Below, piece after piece: positions 1 through 10,256 of a stretch of 63,756 bases of DNA. The notes under the pieces were generated by a model. The model had not been told where the DNA came from. It made no database searches and worked only from the letters and a program-made list of their open reading frames with translations. Within the stretch, counting starts at the first letter, position 1. Each line of letters starts with the position of its first letter. Made by a program: the position numbers and the translations under genes. The DNA is from Nanobdellota archaeon (GTDB lineage: Archaea > Nanobdellota > Nanobdellia > Woesearchaeales > JAHIVG01), in contig JAHIVG010000004.1 of assembly GCA_018816705.1 (NCBI GenBank), positions 1 to 63,756 on the forward strand, given 5' to 3'.

Positions 1-1
1 A

Positions 2-2422
2 ATGCATTTCTGGTCCGAGTTCAGGCGTATAGACCGATATCTGCTCGATGCGAAGTCACGCGGTTACGAGGAGGAGATACGCTCCATGTTCTCAGCCGCA
101 ACCAAGATTACTTTTGACGGTTCGAGCCAATGCATGATGCTGAGGAGCCTGAATTATATTAGCGAGTATGACAGGTTTGGGCACCGCGAAGTCTACTCGA
201 AAGCCAACAGGATCATCGAATGCATCGTATCACGGAACCTGTTCTTCGCCTACGGCCTGCATGACGAGGCATGGGTCTTCAAGAAATATGCTGAAAAGGG
301 ATTGGGTGACCGCTTCATCGAGGTCCTGGACCTGGCTGCCAGGATGCATGAGGACGATGAGCCCTTGACAGCTAAGAATGTCGATTGGTGGAGCGCCTAT
401 CATGGCATAATGTTCTTCCAGAAGTTCCCAGAGATGTATCAGCACATCGGCGATAGGGCCATTCCGTTATACAAGGACATCGTCAGGCGTTTCCCAGGCC
501 GTAATGATGCAGCCGATATAATAGCTGACATCAACCAAGTCTTGGAGCAGACTGAAGAGCTCACGCATAGTTGGCTCGGCTTCCTTGAGAAACACCTCCC
601 TTCAATCAAAGGGAAGAACCAAATGTATCGTGCTTTTAACTTCATCAGCGAAAGCAAAAAAGTCTTCGTGGAAGGGGCTGACCAGGCTGATTTCATGAGG
701 TATGGTGGGCTCATGCACAATCTCGGGCTGAGTGAATATCACTTCGCCCTCGAAGACCTGCTCAACTCAGACATCTCAGACAGGAAGAAAGTCAGCATAA
801 TGAAGGATTATAGGCGTATGAAATTACTGAAGGAGCTGCCTGACCCTACTCCTGACGACACCTGGTATCGGGAGACTGCAGAGCTGATGGACATAAGCTA
901 TCCAGACTTCAACCACCTGATAAAGAAGATGAGGTGGCTTGCTGGCGACAGGATGCGTCAACGTCTCGTTGACCAGCAACCTCATCTTGAGGGACTTGAC
1001 ATCTCGAAATATGAGCTAAAGCTCGGCTATTTCCATGAGCATGGATGGGACTATTTCAAGGCCATGGACGTCTTCCCAGTGCTTGATAAGAACGGATTGT
1101 TGTCAGACGAAAGGCTGACTGCATTGACCGCAGTAGTGAACTCTGACAGGCCGCTTGAGGACAAGGTGGAATTCCTGTCGAGGCTTGACAAGCAATCCGC
1201 CAAGTTCCTGCTGTTCCAGTCTCCTGAAGACCTCGATTTTGAGAGTTGGTATGCTGAGGCGCAGCGCAGGGTCCTTGGAAGCCTTGGTGTGAAGCTTGAT
1301 TATCCTATTGATTATGCCCTAAACGTTTTGGGCTGCGTGAAGGACGAGAAGGCAAGAGATCTCCTCAGGCAGATGGTGGCCCTTGAGGCAGAAGGACAGC
1401 ACAACAAGGCACTGTTCCCTGTGGGCAAGGTCTATGATGATGTAGAAGTTGTTCCGATCAGCGCTCCGGTCAGCTATCCTGAGGCCTTGAAGCATCTTGT
1501 GACCGGATTGTTAGGTCATCGGAATTCGAAATACATGAGACCTAACGAGGTGTTTGATGGAGATGACTTGTTCAAGGCGTATGAGTTGGTCAGCAACTGC
1601 CACATAAGGCCTGGACTGTTCTACAGGCACATCGAAAAAGACTTCAAGACCTTGAAGGGCAGGAGCCCGGAAGACGCGAAGGAGGCTGCGGCTGATAACA
1701 TCCTTGATGCCATGACCACATTCTATATGGGCAGGGACGGTAACGTGAATGGCAGGTATGAGCTCAGGCATATGATGAAGTTCGTGGCAGGCCTTAAGGA
1801 GGGCCTGAGCTTCAACGGCCTCACCACCAAGATGCAGGACTGGAACCTGTGGGACCTGGGAGATGGGATGAGGCTGCACTGCTGCGCCTTGCTCTCCAAG
1901 GACAAGGAGGCTGAGGAGATCGCATCCTTGTACTATCATGCCGACCCTTACATCGGGATGCTGCACCAGAACCCGCGGCTCGGCAAGGTAATGTCCAGGG
2001 CTGTCAGCGCAGGGATATTGGTCAATTGTTATAACAGGCACGGCGACCATGTCCTAGGGGTGGATTCGCCAGAGGCCGGTCCGCTGATAGACAGGATTGA
2101 TGATGGCCTGTGGCAGCCAAGCCTGGCGAAAGGCATTGCCGGCTCTGCAGTGGACACTGATGCAAGATACATCTTCTTCAATACTAATGGCATCCGTGGG
2201 AAATCGCAGAGGTTCCTGGATTTCGTGAAAGAGATGATGGCCTTCTCTGCCCCGACCGAAGTGTACCTCGAGAAGATGAAGGGTGATGGAAGGCTCGACA
2301 TCCCGAAGCAGGATAGGTATCTTGAGTTATGGTCAGGAGATGACCGGAAGGTCCAGGCAGGCAAGGGCCGAGGCCTCTACGTTCCGACAGAATTGTTCTG
2401 CGAGCTTGTGAATCAGCTTTAG
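2..2422 (+). CDS. Large hypothetical protein, probably 5'-truncated by the window edge
   Basis: 806-aa open frame from the window start; helical N-terminal part, alpha/beta C-terminal region with G-x5-CC motif (GDGMRLHCC); no family confidently recognised. Confidence 0.75.
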   Translation: MHFWSEFRRIDRYLLDAKSRGYEEEIRSMFSAATKITFDGSSQCMMLRSLNYISEYDRFGHREVYSKANRIIECIVSRNLFFAYGLHDEAWVFKKYAEKGLGDRFIEVLDLAARMHEDDEPLTAKNVDWWSAYHGIMFFQKFPEMYQHIGDRAIPLYKDIVRRFPGRNDAADIIADINQVLEQTEELTHSWLGFLEKHLPSIKGKNQMYRAFNFISESKKVFVEGADQADFMRYGGLMHNLGLSEYHFALEDLLNSDISDRKKVSIMKDYRRMKLLKELPDPTPDDTWYRETAELMDISYPDFNHLIKKMRWLAGDRMRQRLVDQQPHLEGLDISKYELKLGYFHEHGWDYFKAMDVFPVLDKNGLLSDERLTALTAVVNSDRPLEDKVEFLSRLDKQSAKFLLFQSPEDLDFESWYAEAQRRVLGSLGVKLDYPIDYALNVLGCVKDEKARDLLRQMVALEAEGQHNKALFPVGKVYDDVEVVPISAPVSYPEALKHLVTGLLGHRNSKYMRPNEVFDGDDLFKAYELVSNCHIRPGLFYRHIEKDFKTLKGRSPEDAKEAAADNILDAMTTFYMGRDGNVNGRYELRHMMKFVAGLKEGLSFNGLTTKMQDWNLWDLGDGMRLHCCALLSKDKEAEEIASLYYHADPYIGMLHQNPRLGKVMSRAVSAGILVNCYNRHGDHVLGVDSPEAGPLIDRIDDGLWQPSLAKGIAGSAVDTDARYIFFNTNGIRGKSQRFLDFVKEMMAFSAPTEVYLEKMKGDGRLDIPKQDRYLELWSGDDRKVQAGKGRGLYVPTELFCELVNQL

Positions 2423-2595
2423 ACTGTTCCACCTTGCCTATATTTAAATACCCCCTACGCAACATTTATAAATGAAAGCCCACTTCTACGAATAAAATAC
2501 TTACTGTGGAGTAGATATATAGTAAGCGGATATTGTGAGGATATTTGCACAAGACAGAAAAATGAAAACATACTATTCAACGCGGGGTGGGGATA

Positions 2596-3795
2596 ATGGA
2601 TGAACAAGATGATTCGGAGAATGACAGTACTTTTCCAGTCCAAGGATTAGATTTTGAGGGTGGTAGCGGCATCGAAAACCTTGTCACTGAAGTGCAAAAG
2701 GCGCTTGACATGATCTCTGATGACAGGGATGGTGATGTCGCCAAGTACGACCGGCTCAGAGGAGAGATGAATTCAGCATTTGAGCAGATTATAGGCACAT
2801 TGGGCTCAGACCTACAGAACCTCAACCATATCCAAGACGCCACGCCGGGCGATGCGATCGTCACAGTCACTGAGCTGCATAAGAAAAGGAAGAGGAATCC
2901 AAGGTATGGGTCATTAATTGTTGGAACCACAAAGAATTTCTACCGTATAAGCAGGGGAAGGACGAGAATCCCCTTTTTTACTAAACTGCCAGTGGAAGTT
3001 CAGGTCGAGAAGAGCTTCGCGACATATGTTGACGAGCTTATCCAGGGTTATAGGCAGGCCAAGACCAACCTGGAGACTCACCAACGGTTCGCCGAGGCTG
3101 AAATAAGCGGTGCTGACAAGAAGATAAGGACCCTTTTCGACCTCGAAGAGAGGACCGTAAGGGGCCTTGAAGGGTTGAAGGCAAAGCTGGAAGGCGAGAA
3201 CGGATTATATGTGAGGCTGGCCAAGAAAAAGGGAGAGATAGAAGATTACGTAAAGGAGAATGAAGGAAAGGAAGAAGAGCCGAGCTATATGAGAAGACTG
3301 CTCACGCTTGAGCAGCAGACGAGGATGCTGCAGCTCGAGGTCAACAAGCTTGAAGGAGAGTTGAGATCAGGCTCGGTGGCCAGGGAGCAGGCGAGGAATT
3401 TCCGCGCGGGATATGCCACCATGCTGGAAGGGCTCAATTTCATGATCGGCCTGTCGGCCGAGGCACATAAGAAGATGGAGATAACATACGGCAACCTTGA
3501 GGCAACGTCAGGCATAAACCTTGCTGCTGCCGGGATGGCACAGGCCCTGAACGACGCCTATTCGGTCCAGAGCAAGATAAGGAGGCAGATGACAGGTTTC
3601 ATGCTCGGGACAGGCGTGTACGCCGGCAAGGCTGTGGAAGGCATGGAAATCTTCGACAAGCCTGTGCTCGACCCCAGCGGCATAGAATGCAATAAGAAGC
3701 TTGTCACATTAGCCCAAGAGGCCTCTAGGAAGCGCTTGCCCGGCGGGCAATATGCCAAGCTTAAACCAGGCCAGGAAGGCCAGCAGGGTCAATGA
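2596..3795 (+). CDS. Coiled-coil protein, possibly TelA/KlaA-like
   Basis: Long heptad-rich E/K/L segment; ATG 2596 preceded by GGGGTG SD-like motif; family call is weak. Confidence 0.7.
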   Translation: MDEQDDSENDSTFPVQGLDFEGGSGIENLVTEVQKALDMISDDRDGDVAKYDRLRGEMNSAFEQIIGTLGSDLQNLNHIQDATPGDAIVTVTELHKKRKRNPRYGSLIVGTTKNFYRISRGRTRIPFFTKLPVEVQVEKSFATYVDELIQGYRQAKTNLETHQRFAEAEISGADKKIRTLFDLEERTVRGLEGLKAKLEGENGLYVRLAKKKGEIEDYVKENEGKEEEPSYMRRLLTLEQQTRMLQLEVNKLEGELRSGSVAREQARNFRAGYATMLEGLNFMIGLSAEAHKKMEITYGNLEATSGINLAAAGMAQALNDAYSVQSKIRRQMTGFMLGTGVYAGKAVEGMEIFDKPVLDPSGIECNKKLVTLAQEASRKRLPGGQYAKLKPGQEGQQGQ

Positions 3796-3801
3796 GCGAA
3801 G

Positions 3802-4905
3802 ATGGACAGTGAAGACCCGCAAGCCAGGCTCGTCATCAGGACAGGCAAGAAGAAACGGTTTGACAGGACTGAGACTGCATCATACATCGCAAAGCTGACC
3901 GAACTTGTCCAGGGATTGGAGGAATTGGAGCCGCTTCAGGAATTCGAAGACTCAAAGGTCAGCAGTGTATTCCCTTTCTTGACCTACACCGAAGAGGGTG
4001 GAGTGCTTGAGACATTGTGTGTCGATCTTCGCTCAGGTTTCCCAGATTCATATGAGATTACAAATATAATGAGATCCTATGGCAGGCCGCTGTGGCCCTT
4101 CATGATTGACGACGAGAGGATCGAAAAGAAGGAGAAGGAACTTGCAGCCGAGGCCGCTGAAAGGCTATTGAAGGGTGAGGAGCCCGTCCAGGAGCAGAGG
4201 CTGTACCGGCTGATTGAGTTCAACAGGAAGGTCATGGCTTGCCTGAAAGATGGCACCCTGCCTGATCTTCATGGCCTGCATGAGACCTGGGAAGATGACT
4301 CAGTCGTCCTGCGAAGGGTTGAGTATAACCGCATGGAAAGCTCTCCGGTCTACTGGAGAATCACTATGAGCGATGCTGTTAAGAGAGGCAACGGTCTTTC
4401 AAGGCTCAATAGGTTATGGGGAGGCTCCAATAATGATAAGAAAAAGCCGTATACAATGGTCGATAGTGGTGACGGCAAGAATCCGAAGAGGGACAGCAGG
4501 CTCGACCATCTAATCAGCAATGCCTCTTTCCACCTTGATCCAGGAGTGCTCTATTGCGAGATCGATGAAGAATTCCCTGAAACGGTGCAAGAGGTCATCA
4601 GGATATCCTTCGGCCCTTTCTACCATCGGACGATAGGAAATTACCATCTCTTCAGGGAGGGCAGCATCGACGGTATCAAGCCGCTGGAACAGCTTGAAGA
4701 AGAGTTCGGAGATGATCTCAGCTTCGTGGCCTTAAGGGCTTATCAAGCGACATCAGGAGGCTTAGATAAGAATGTGACATTAAAGAGCTCCAATCAAGGG
4801 CTTGACGCTTACCTCAGGCTCGTGACCTTCCCACAGATGCATATCGTGTTAGCACCCGGATACCATACCCCTCCGCAGCTACCTGCAGGCGATTTTAATG
4901 GATGA
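3802..4905 (+). CDS. Hypothetical protein in operon with the coiled-coil gene
   Basis: 367-aa ORF 6 nt after the previous stop; motifs SGFP and ISFGPFY. Confidence 0.75.
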   Translation: MDSEDPQARLVIRTGKKKRFDRTETASYIAKLTELVQGLEELEPLQEFEDSKVSSVFPFLTYTEEGGVLETLCVDLRSGFPDSYEITNIMRSYGRPLWPFMIDDERIEKKEKELAAEAAERLLKGEEPVQEQRLYRLIEFNRKVMACLKDGTLPDLHGLHETWEDDSVVLRRVEYNRMESSPVYWRITMSDAVKRGNGLSRLNRLWGGSNNDKKKPYTMVDSGDGKNPKRDSRLDHLISNASFHLDPGVLYCEIDEEFPETVQEVIRISFGPFYHRTIGNYHLFREGSIDGIKPLEQLEEEFGDDLSFVALRAYQATSGGLDKNVTLKSSNQGLDAYLRLVTFPQMHIVLAPGYHTPPQLPAGDFNG

Positions 4906-6889
4906 TACAAAGGACAATCTCCAGATATCAGAAAATGAAGGCGACATCCTGCTCGAGTCCAGGATACGCGCCACAGGGATAGACTGGAAGCTGCACTTCG
5001 ATGAGTTCACCCAGGAGCACAGGGCCCTGCTGCAAAAGCTCCTTGCCAACACGACTTTCGAGTATGAACTCCAGCCCATAGCGAAGCACGATCACCGATA
5101 CCTGATAGAGCTCCGCGGTCAGGGCATGCTGGATGATGCCAAGCAGATGCTTGCCCTGGCAGCCGAGATCCAGAATGACGATACAAGACTGTATGGCGCG
5201 CATGATGAGAGCGCTGCAAAAGTAGCTGAGATAATCCAGGCCTTGGGCTTGGCGTCCCTTTCTGAACTCGAACCGATCTTATCGCTCAATATATACAAAT
5301 CAGCCTTCTGCCTCCACCACGAGGGCCGGAGCACCTTCCTCCTCCACAAGAATGATGGGTCACCCTATATCGTGACAACGGATGAGGGCCACGATGCCCC
5401 TGGTGTGCCCATCGCGCCTTTAGTGCCGAGGGTACCTATTGAACCTGGTATTGTGCCGATCTCTGAATCCACAAGTATCATCAACAATCTCATGCCCTAT
5501 TTCGAGACAGACAAGGACGGCGTCAAGGATGCCCTGTACCGCATGGCAATTTACGGCATCACTGCCAGGATGGAGAATGTTCCGGTCAAGGTGACGGCGA
5601 GGTGGGATGGCCTCTCAAGGCTGCAGCATGGCATGCACCTGGCAGGCGTCCACTCAGCCATATTCCCATATCTGAGTGTCTCGAGCCAGGAAGACGGGGA
5701 GCTGGAAGACACGCTGAAGCAGCTCTACGCACAGCTCCAGGAAAGGCACATCGACCCTGAGGCTGAATTAGGGGAGTTCACCTACTCCAACGAGTGGCCC
5801 CTAAGCCTCGAGAGCAAGGCTTACGCTGACTTCCAGGCTATCGCCTCACGGCAAGGCAAGGAAGACCTGCTGAAGGCCAACATCGCCGTCGTAAGGATGA
5901 CCGCTGCCAATGCATTGGATGAGCTCGGACTGCCGATCGACGCTGACAAGCTCGACTACAGCCGGGGCAGGGAAGGCCTGATGGCTCAGCTCAGGGATAT
6001 CACGAGAGAGATAAAGAATAACGAGAAGAGGTATGGTTTCCTGCCGTTCGATCACATCATCGCATCTGACAGGCTCAAGACCGACCTGAGGACGAATGAT
6101 GACGAGATATGGATAGGCAGCAAAGGAGAGATCGAAAAGAGATGCAAGACCGTCTTCTCTGTCCGGCTCGAGGACGGATCCGTCCACAATTATGACATTG
6201 TCGATGACCAGAAAGAGGTCACAATGGCTGAGAGGGCGACCGGTTTCCCTGACTGGTACAAGCCCATGGCCTGCAACATCGGCGACAAGATAGTGACGAC
6301 CGACAAGGCTCGTGAGTGGACCTACGAGGGTGAGGTCAAGAATATCAAAGGGGGCATGGACGGGGAAGTAATCAATATATGCGGTGATACGAGGTTCTAC
6401 TATGTACAGCCCAGGAATCGCGATGCGCATACCAATGAGAAGCGTGACAGCCAAGCGAACATGTACTATGCCGATCGGCTGAAAGATGAGGAAGGGAACA
6501 TTATGTACGGCCAGGAGAAGCTTCTCAAGCATCTGGAGAGGAGGATCAGCGAGAGCCTGCCAGAGCATTTCTCAAGCCAGCTGAAGGTGAAGCCTGATGA
6601 CCTCCAATTCGATGAGGACAAGGAAGGCAATTTCATCCTGTTCCATCAGACCCAGATAGGGGGGAGACCAGCTCATCTTTACTTGGCCTACACACCAGAT
6701 TCGAACTTCTTGATAACCTGCGTAGGGGGGGAGCCCGACAGGCAGATGGCCTTTGACATCGTCAGGTCAGCGAAGCCGAATGCTGAAAAGTTCGCAGGAT
6801 TGGCCGCTTCCACCAGAGCGGATCTGCTCGAGCTTTCCTGCCTCGGCGAGACGCAGGAGCATTATGTGATAGGGTGCAAAAGTGATTAG
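4898..6889 (+). CDS. Hypothetical protein, paralogue 1 of tandem array
   Basis: 663 aa; N- and C-terminal similarity to the next two ORFs. Confidence 0.8.
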   Translation: MDDTKDNLQISENEGDILLESRIRATGIDWKLHFDEFTQEHRALLQKLLANTTFEYELQPIAKHDHRYLIELRGQGMLDDAKQMLALAAEIQNDDTRLYGAHDESAAKVAEIIQALGLASLSELEPILSLNIYKSAFCLHHEGRSTFLLHKNDGSPYIVTTDEGHDAPGVPIAPLVPRVPIEPGIVPISESTSIINNLMPYFETDKDGVKDALYRMAIYGITARMENVPVKVTARWDGLSRLQHGMHLAGVHSAIFPYLSVSSQEDGELEDTLKQLYAQLQERHIDPEAELGEFTYSNEWPLSLESKAYADFQAIASRQGKEDLLKANIAVVRMTAANALDELGLPIDADKLDYSRGREGLMAQLRDITREIKNNEKRYGFLPFDHIIASDRLKTDLRTNDDEIWIGSKGEIEKRCKTVFSVRLEDGSVHNYDIVDDQKEVTMAERATGFPDWYKPMACNIGDKIVTTDKAREWTYEGEVKNIKGGMDGEVINICGDTRFYYVQPRNRDAHTNEKRDSQANMYYADRLKDEEGNIMYGQEKLLKHLERRISESLPEHFSSQLKVKPDDLQFDEDKEGNFILFHQTQIGGRPAHLYLAYTPDSNFLITCVGGEPDRQMAFDIVRSAKPNAEKFAGLAASTRADLLELSCLGETQEHYVIGCKSD

Positions 6890-6985
6890 ATGCCAGACAT
6901 ATGCATATCCAAGACAGGCGAAGGGTTCTCGGTAGTTATTACCATTTGTATGCAGTACGGTAGGAGGCTTCTAGCATGGACCTGA
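6890..6985 (+). pseudogene. Possible collapsed remnant of a fourth paralogue (31-aa ORF)
   Basis: MPDICISKTGEGFSVVITICMQYGRRLLAWT starts right after the paralogue 1 stop; its ends loosely resemble paralogue N- and C-termini. Confidence 0.25.
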
Positions 6986-8925
6986 CGCTCCGCATGATGA
7001 AAAATGAAGACGGCATCCGCATGGAGTCAGAGCTGGAATCACCTCACCTTACACAGGACATTGAGGAATTCATCGGACAACAGCGTGCCACGCTTGAGTC
7101 ACTCCTCCAGGCCGGGCCCTTGACCTACAAGCTAAGTTCGATGAGATATGAGAACGGGCTGTATTCCTTCATGTTCGAAGGAGAGGGACCGCTGGCTGAC
7201 GCTGTCAGGCTTCTCGACCAGGCTGAGGCCATCAGGTCTGACAAGGCCTTGCTCAACCAGGCTTATGATGGTTTGTCAGAAGAGGTCAGGAAGCTCCTGG
7301 AGAGGTTCAATGTCGATTCGTTGGAGCAGATCGCGCCTGTTGCACGTTTTAATATAATGATCCCATATTCTGCCATCAAGATACGGGACCATAAGTATTA
7401 CCTCGTCCGGGCCCCTGCTTCAGACGTGCCACGGATAATCTCAGACGGGCCTGTGCTCAGCGTCGAGGAATCGAGGCAGATCCCGCTTGATGATGTTACG
7501 GAAGTAGTTAACTTGTTTTCAGCCGCCTATTTTGATTATGATGATGATAGGCTGTCTGGGGAATTACGAAGGATGGCTGAAGGATACGTCAAGAGTGCAA
7601 AAGCCGATGGCTCTGCAGTTACGGATGCAGTCTGGGATTGCTACCGCAAGAAAAAGAACACCTATCAATTGCGCACTGTGGAGCCTGAGCTGCTGGAGCT
7701 CATGTCAGCGAGGAGCGTGAGCAATTCCCTGCTCCAAGGGACTTTCGTCCAGCTCCTCGACGAGCTCAAGGACAGGGTCCGGCCTTCTGATGAAAAGACC
7801 GGCACCATCCGTTATTCCGACAGCCTCGACGGCAACCAACTGGAGCTGATGGCCAATGACACGCCTTTCTACATGTTCGACCCCTTATTCAGGAAGGACC
7901 CCCAGGAGGCCTTTGAGGACGCGGTGTCCGGCGTGCTTAAGTCCGATTACCTGCGCATCCATCCGAAGGCCGTCGATCAAAGCAAGGGCCTGGAAGGGGT
8001 GATGAAGGGGATAGATAATCTCCTGATGAAGCTAGAGGCCGATCCGAGCAGGTTCGGATTCCTCCCCCATGACAAGGTCGTCATCCACCAGGCCGAGAGA
8101 TGCCCTGACCATCCCGGGAACATCTGGGACACCAGCTCAGGCACGGTCATCCGAAGGAGGGAAGATTATTATCCTGTCGAGTTCGAGGACGGGACGTGCC
8201 TTAGAGTAAGGCGTGAGGATATCAAGTATTACCCAGCGCTAGATACTCTGGCAAATATCAGTCCCATGTGGCATGACCGTCCAGAGCTGGCCCCTGGCGT
8301 CACTGTGCTGATAAAGCCTGAGAAGCAGGGCAAAGGTTACCATCCGGATGTCGTTCCAATGCTCGCGGAGAGGGACGGCCAGTTCGCGAAGATAGTCGGC
8401 TATTGCTATGACCTCAGGATGGACAGGATTGCCTTCCAGGACGGCAGGAGCTTCAAATCCACAACCAATCATTACGGGCTGAGCCAGGCGGTGATGAGAA
8501 AGGAATCCTCTGACCTTGAGGCTGTGGCGGGGGAAATCCGGAAAAACATCATGGACAGATTGATTTATGGATATATGTGCGCCTTATCATGCCGAGAGAT
8601 GTTCTTATTCCCCAAGGCGGGAGATGACGGCGGGATGGTGCTCAAGGCCATCAACGCAAGGAAGGGCACCAAGGCAATCTCCATCCTGGTGCAGACCCCT
8701 GGCCAGGACAGGTATGTCTGGAGCGCCCTCAACAAGAGGTATAATGACTTCAATTCCAGGTTCGATTATGAGAAAGAAGTGAGGGAGATCCTCGGTAACG
8801 ACTCAGATCCAGAGAAGAAGTTCATAGACCTCCTCCTGACGAAGAGCAGCCTCATGGAGTTCATCCACCTGCCGAAGGAGGGCAAGCCCACGGTCCTGCA
8901 ATATACCGGAAGGCATCCATTATGA
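6976..8925 (+). CDS. Hypothetical protein, paralogue 2 of tandem array
   Basis: 649 aa; GGAGG SD upstream; shares RFGFLP(H/F)D and termini with paralogue 1. Confidence 0.8.
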   Translation: MDLTLRMMKNEDGIRMESELESPHLTQDIEEFIGQQRATLESLLQAGPLTYKLSSMRYENGLYSFMFEGEGPLADAVRLLDQAEAIRSDKALLNQAYDGLSEEVRKLLERFNVDSLEQIAPVARFNIMIPYSAIKIRDHKYYLVRAPASDVPRIISDGPVLSVEESRQIPLDDVTEVVNLFSAAYFDYDDDRLSGELRRMAEGYVKSAKADGSAVTDAVWDCYRKKKNTYQLRTVEPELLELMSARSVSNSLLQGTFVQLLDELKDRVRPSDEKTGTIRYSDSLDGNQLELMANDTPFYMFDPLFRKDPQEAFEDAVSGVLKSDYLRIHPKAVDQSKGLEGVMKGIDNLLMKLEADPSRFGFLPHDKVVIHQAERCPDHPGNIWDTSSGTVIRRREDYYPVEFEDGTCLRVRREDIKYYPALDTLANISPMWHDRPELAPGVTVLIKPEKQGKGYHPDVVPMLAERDGQFAKIVGYCYDLRMDRIAFQDGRSFKSTTNHYGLSQAVMRKESSDLEAVAGEIRKNIMDRLIYGYMCALSCREMFLFPKAGDDGGMVLKAINARKGTKAISILVQTPGQDRYVWSALNKRYNDFNSRFDYEKEVREILGNDSDPEKKFIDLLLTKSSLMEFIHLPKEGKPTVLQYTGRHPL

Positions 8926-10256
8926 GGCATTCGATCGGTGAGCTCGTGCTGAAGCTCGAGCAGGGAAGGATCGTTTCGGAATCTGACATCTCGGTCACAG
9001 GCCTGGATTTCGAGGGCATAATCAAGGATTTCATCTGTCGGAACAGGCCTGCCCTCCTGAAGGTGCTTGAAAGACAGCCTCTGCATTACAATCTCAGGAA
9101 TGTATCCTGCCAGGAAGATGCCTATGTCCTGGAGTTCGAGGAGAGGGATGATTGGTCAGATGTCCAAGAATGCCTCAAGGCAGCCGAGCGGATACGCCAG
9201 GAACCGAAGGCCATGAACGAGGGATGGGAAAGGCTCTCGGCAAGAGTGAAGGAAGTGGCAGCGCATTACGGCGTCGATTCGGTTGCAGAGCTGGCAGAGA
9301 TTCCCAGCTTCAGGATCAAGCGTACAGCGATGGCGCTGGACAAGGGGTTTGGCACATGGTATTATCTCTACAAAGGAGAACCCGGGAAATATTTCATTGT
9401 GGTGCCGAATTTTGGAGAGCCTTTGCGAGGAGACCCAATTTTCGGTAACTTGGAAGATACTTCAGCAATTGCTCAAAACCTCAGGCCTCACATCGTTCTC
9501 CAGCGCGTGGACATCTCCCGTGAGTTCCATAAGCTCATTGATGAGAAGGCCAAGGAACTTGAGGACACAGGCCTGAGCCTGCTCGATCCTTACGCCCTCT
9601 CGCTCTACAGGTTCCAACACAGGGTTGAAGGCCCATTGCACCCGGACATCTTCAAGCATGCTATCATCCGTCCGACAGAGGACAAGGACCTGGAGTATAC
9701 CTTGAAGAAGCTGTTCAAAGCGATAAGTCGGCTGGAGCCTAAGGAAGAGTATGGAGCCCTGCTGGTGCCAGAGAATTATCCAAAGGATTCCCCATCTCAT
9801 AAACACCCGTTCTATTCGTTGGCTGAACACACTCATCAGGTTCTCAGTGAGGCATATGATAAAACTACTCAGTATAATCGTTACAGGGATGATCAAGGGA
9901 ACTTAGCTTTAAGGGATGTTTCGCATGGGAAGAAAGAGATCATGGACCAGACTTTGGTTTCCACACCGAAAGCGAATTATATCTTCACTTGCTCCATGCC
10001 AAATAATTTCAGGCTCGATAGCCTGACCGAGATCTTCACCTCCGATGCGTCTGATGAAAAAAAGTTCATGCAGACATTCCTGATTGTTCACACAGACCTC
10101 ATCGAGCTTGGTTCTTACAGACAGGGCCAGGAGCCAAGATTCATATTATACTCTAGCAGGGATATTTACGAGAAGGCGATGCGTTATCGGGCTGAGAAAA
10201 AAGAGTTGGATTCAGCCCGAAAAGCATATAAATACCGTTCGGCTTCTCAGCCATGA
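8922..10256 (+). CDS. Hypothetical protein, paralogue 3 of tandem array (lacks central insert)
   Basis: 444 aa; ATGA overlap with paralogue 2; shared N-terminal pattern and C-terminal EKKF motif. Confidence 0.8.
   Translation: MRHSIGELVLKLEQGRIVSESDISVTGLDFEGIIKDFICRNRPALLKVLERQPLHYNLRNVSCQEDAYVLEFEERDDWSDVQECLKAAERIRQEPKAMNEGWERLSARVKEVAAHYGVDSVAELAEIPSFRIKRTAMALDKGFGTWYYLYKGEPGKYFIVVPNFGEPLRGDPIFGNLEDTSAIAQNLRPHIVLQRVDISREFHKLIDEKAKELEDTGLSLLDPYALSLYRFQHRVEGPLHPDIFKHAIIRPTEDKDLEYTLKKLFKAISRLEPKEEYGALLVPENYPKDSPSHKHPFYSLAEHTHQVLSEAYDKTTQYNRYRDDQGNLALRDVSHGKKEIMDQTLVSTPKANYIFTCSMPNNFRLDSLTEIFTSDASDEKKFMQTFLIVHTDLIELGSYRQGQEPRFILYSSRDIYEKAMRYRAEKKELDSARKAYKYRSASQP
10218..10234 (+). promoter_or_regulatory. 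Putative BRE-TATA promoter of the Mo/W operon, inside the upstream ORF
   Basis: CGAAAAGCATATAAATA about 20 nt before ATG 10253, consistent with a leaderless transcript. Confidence 0.45.
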
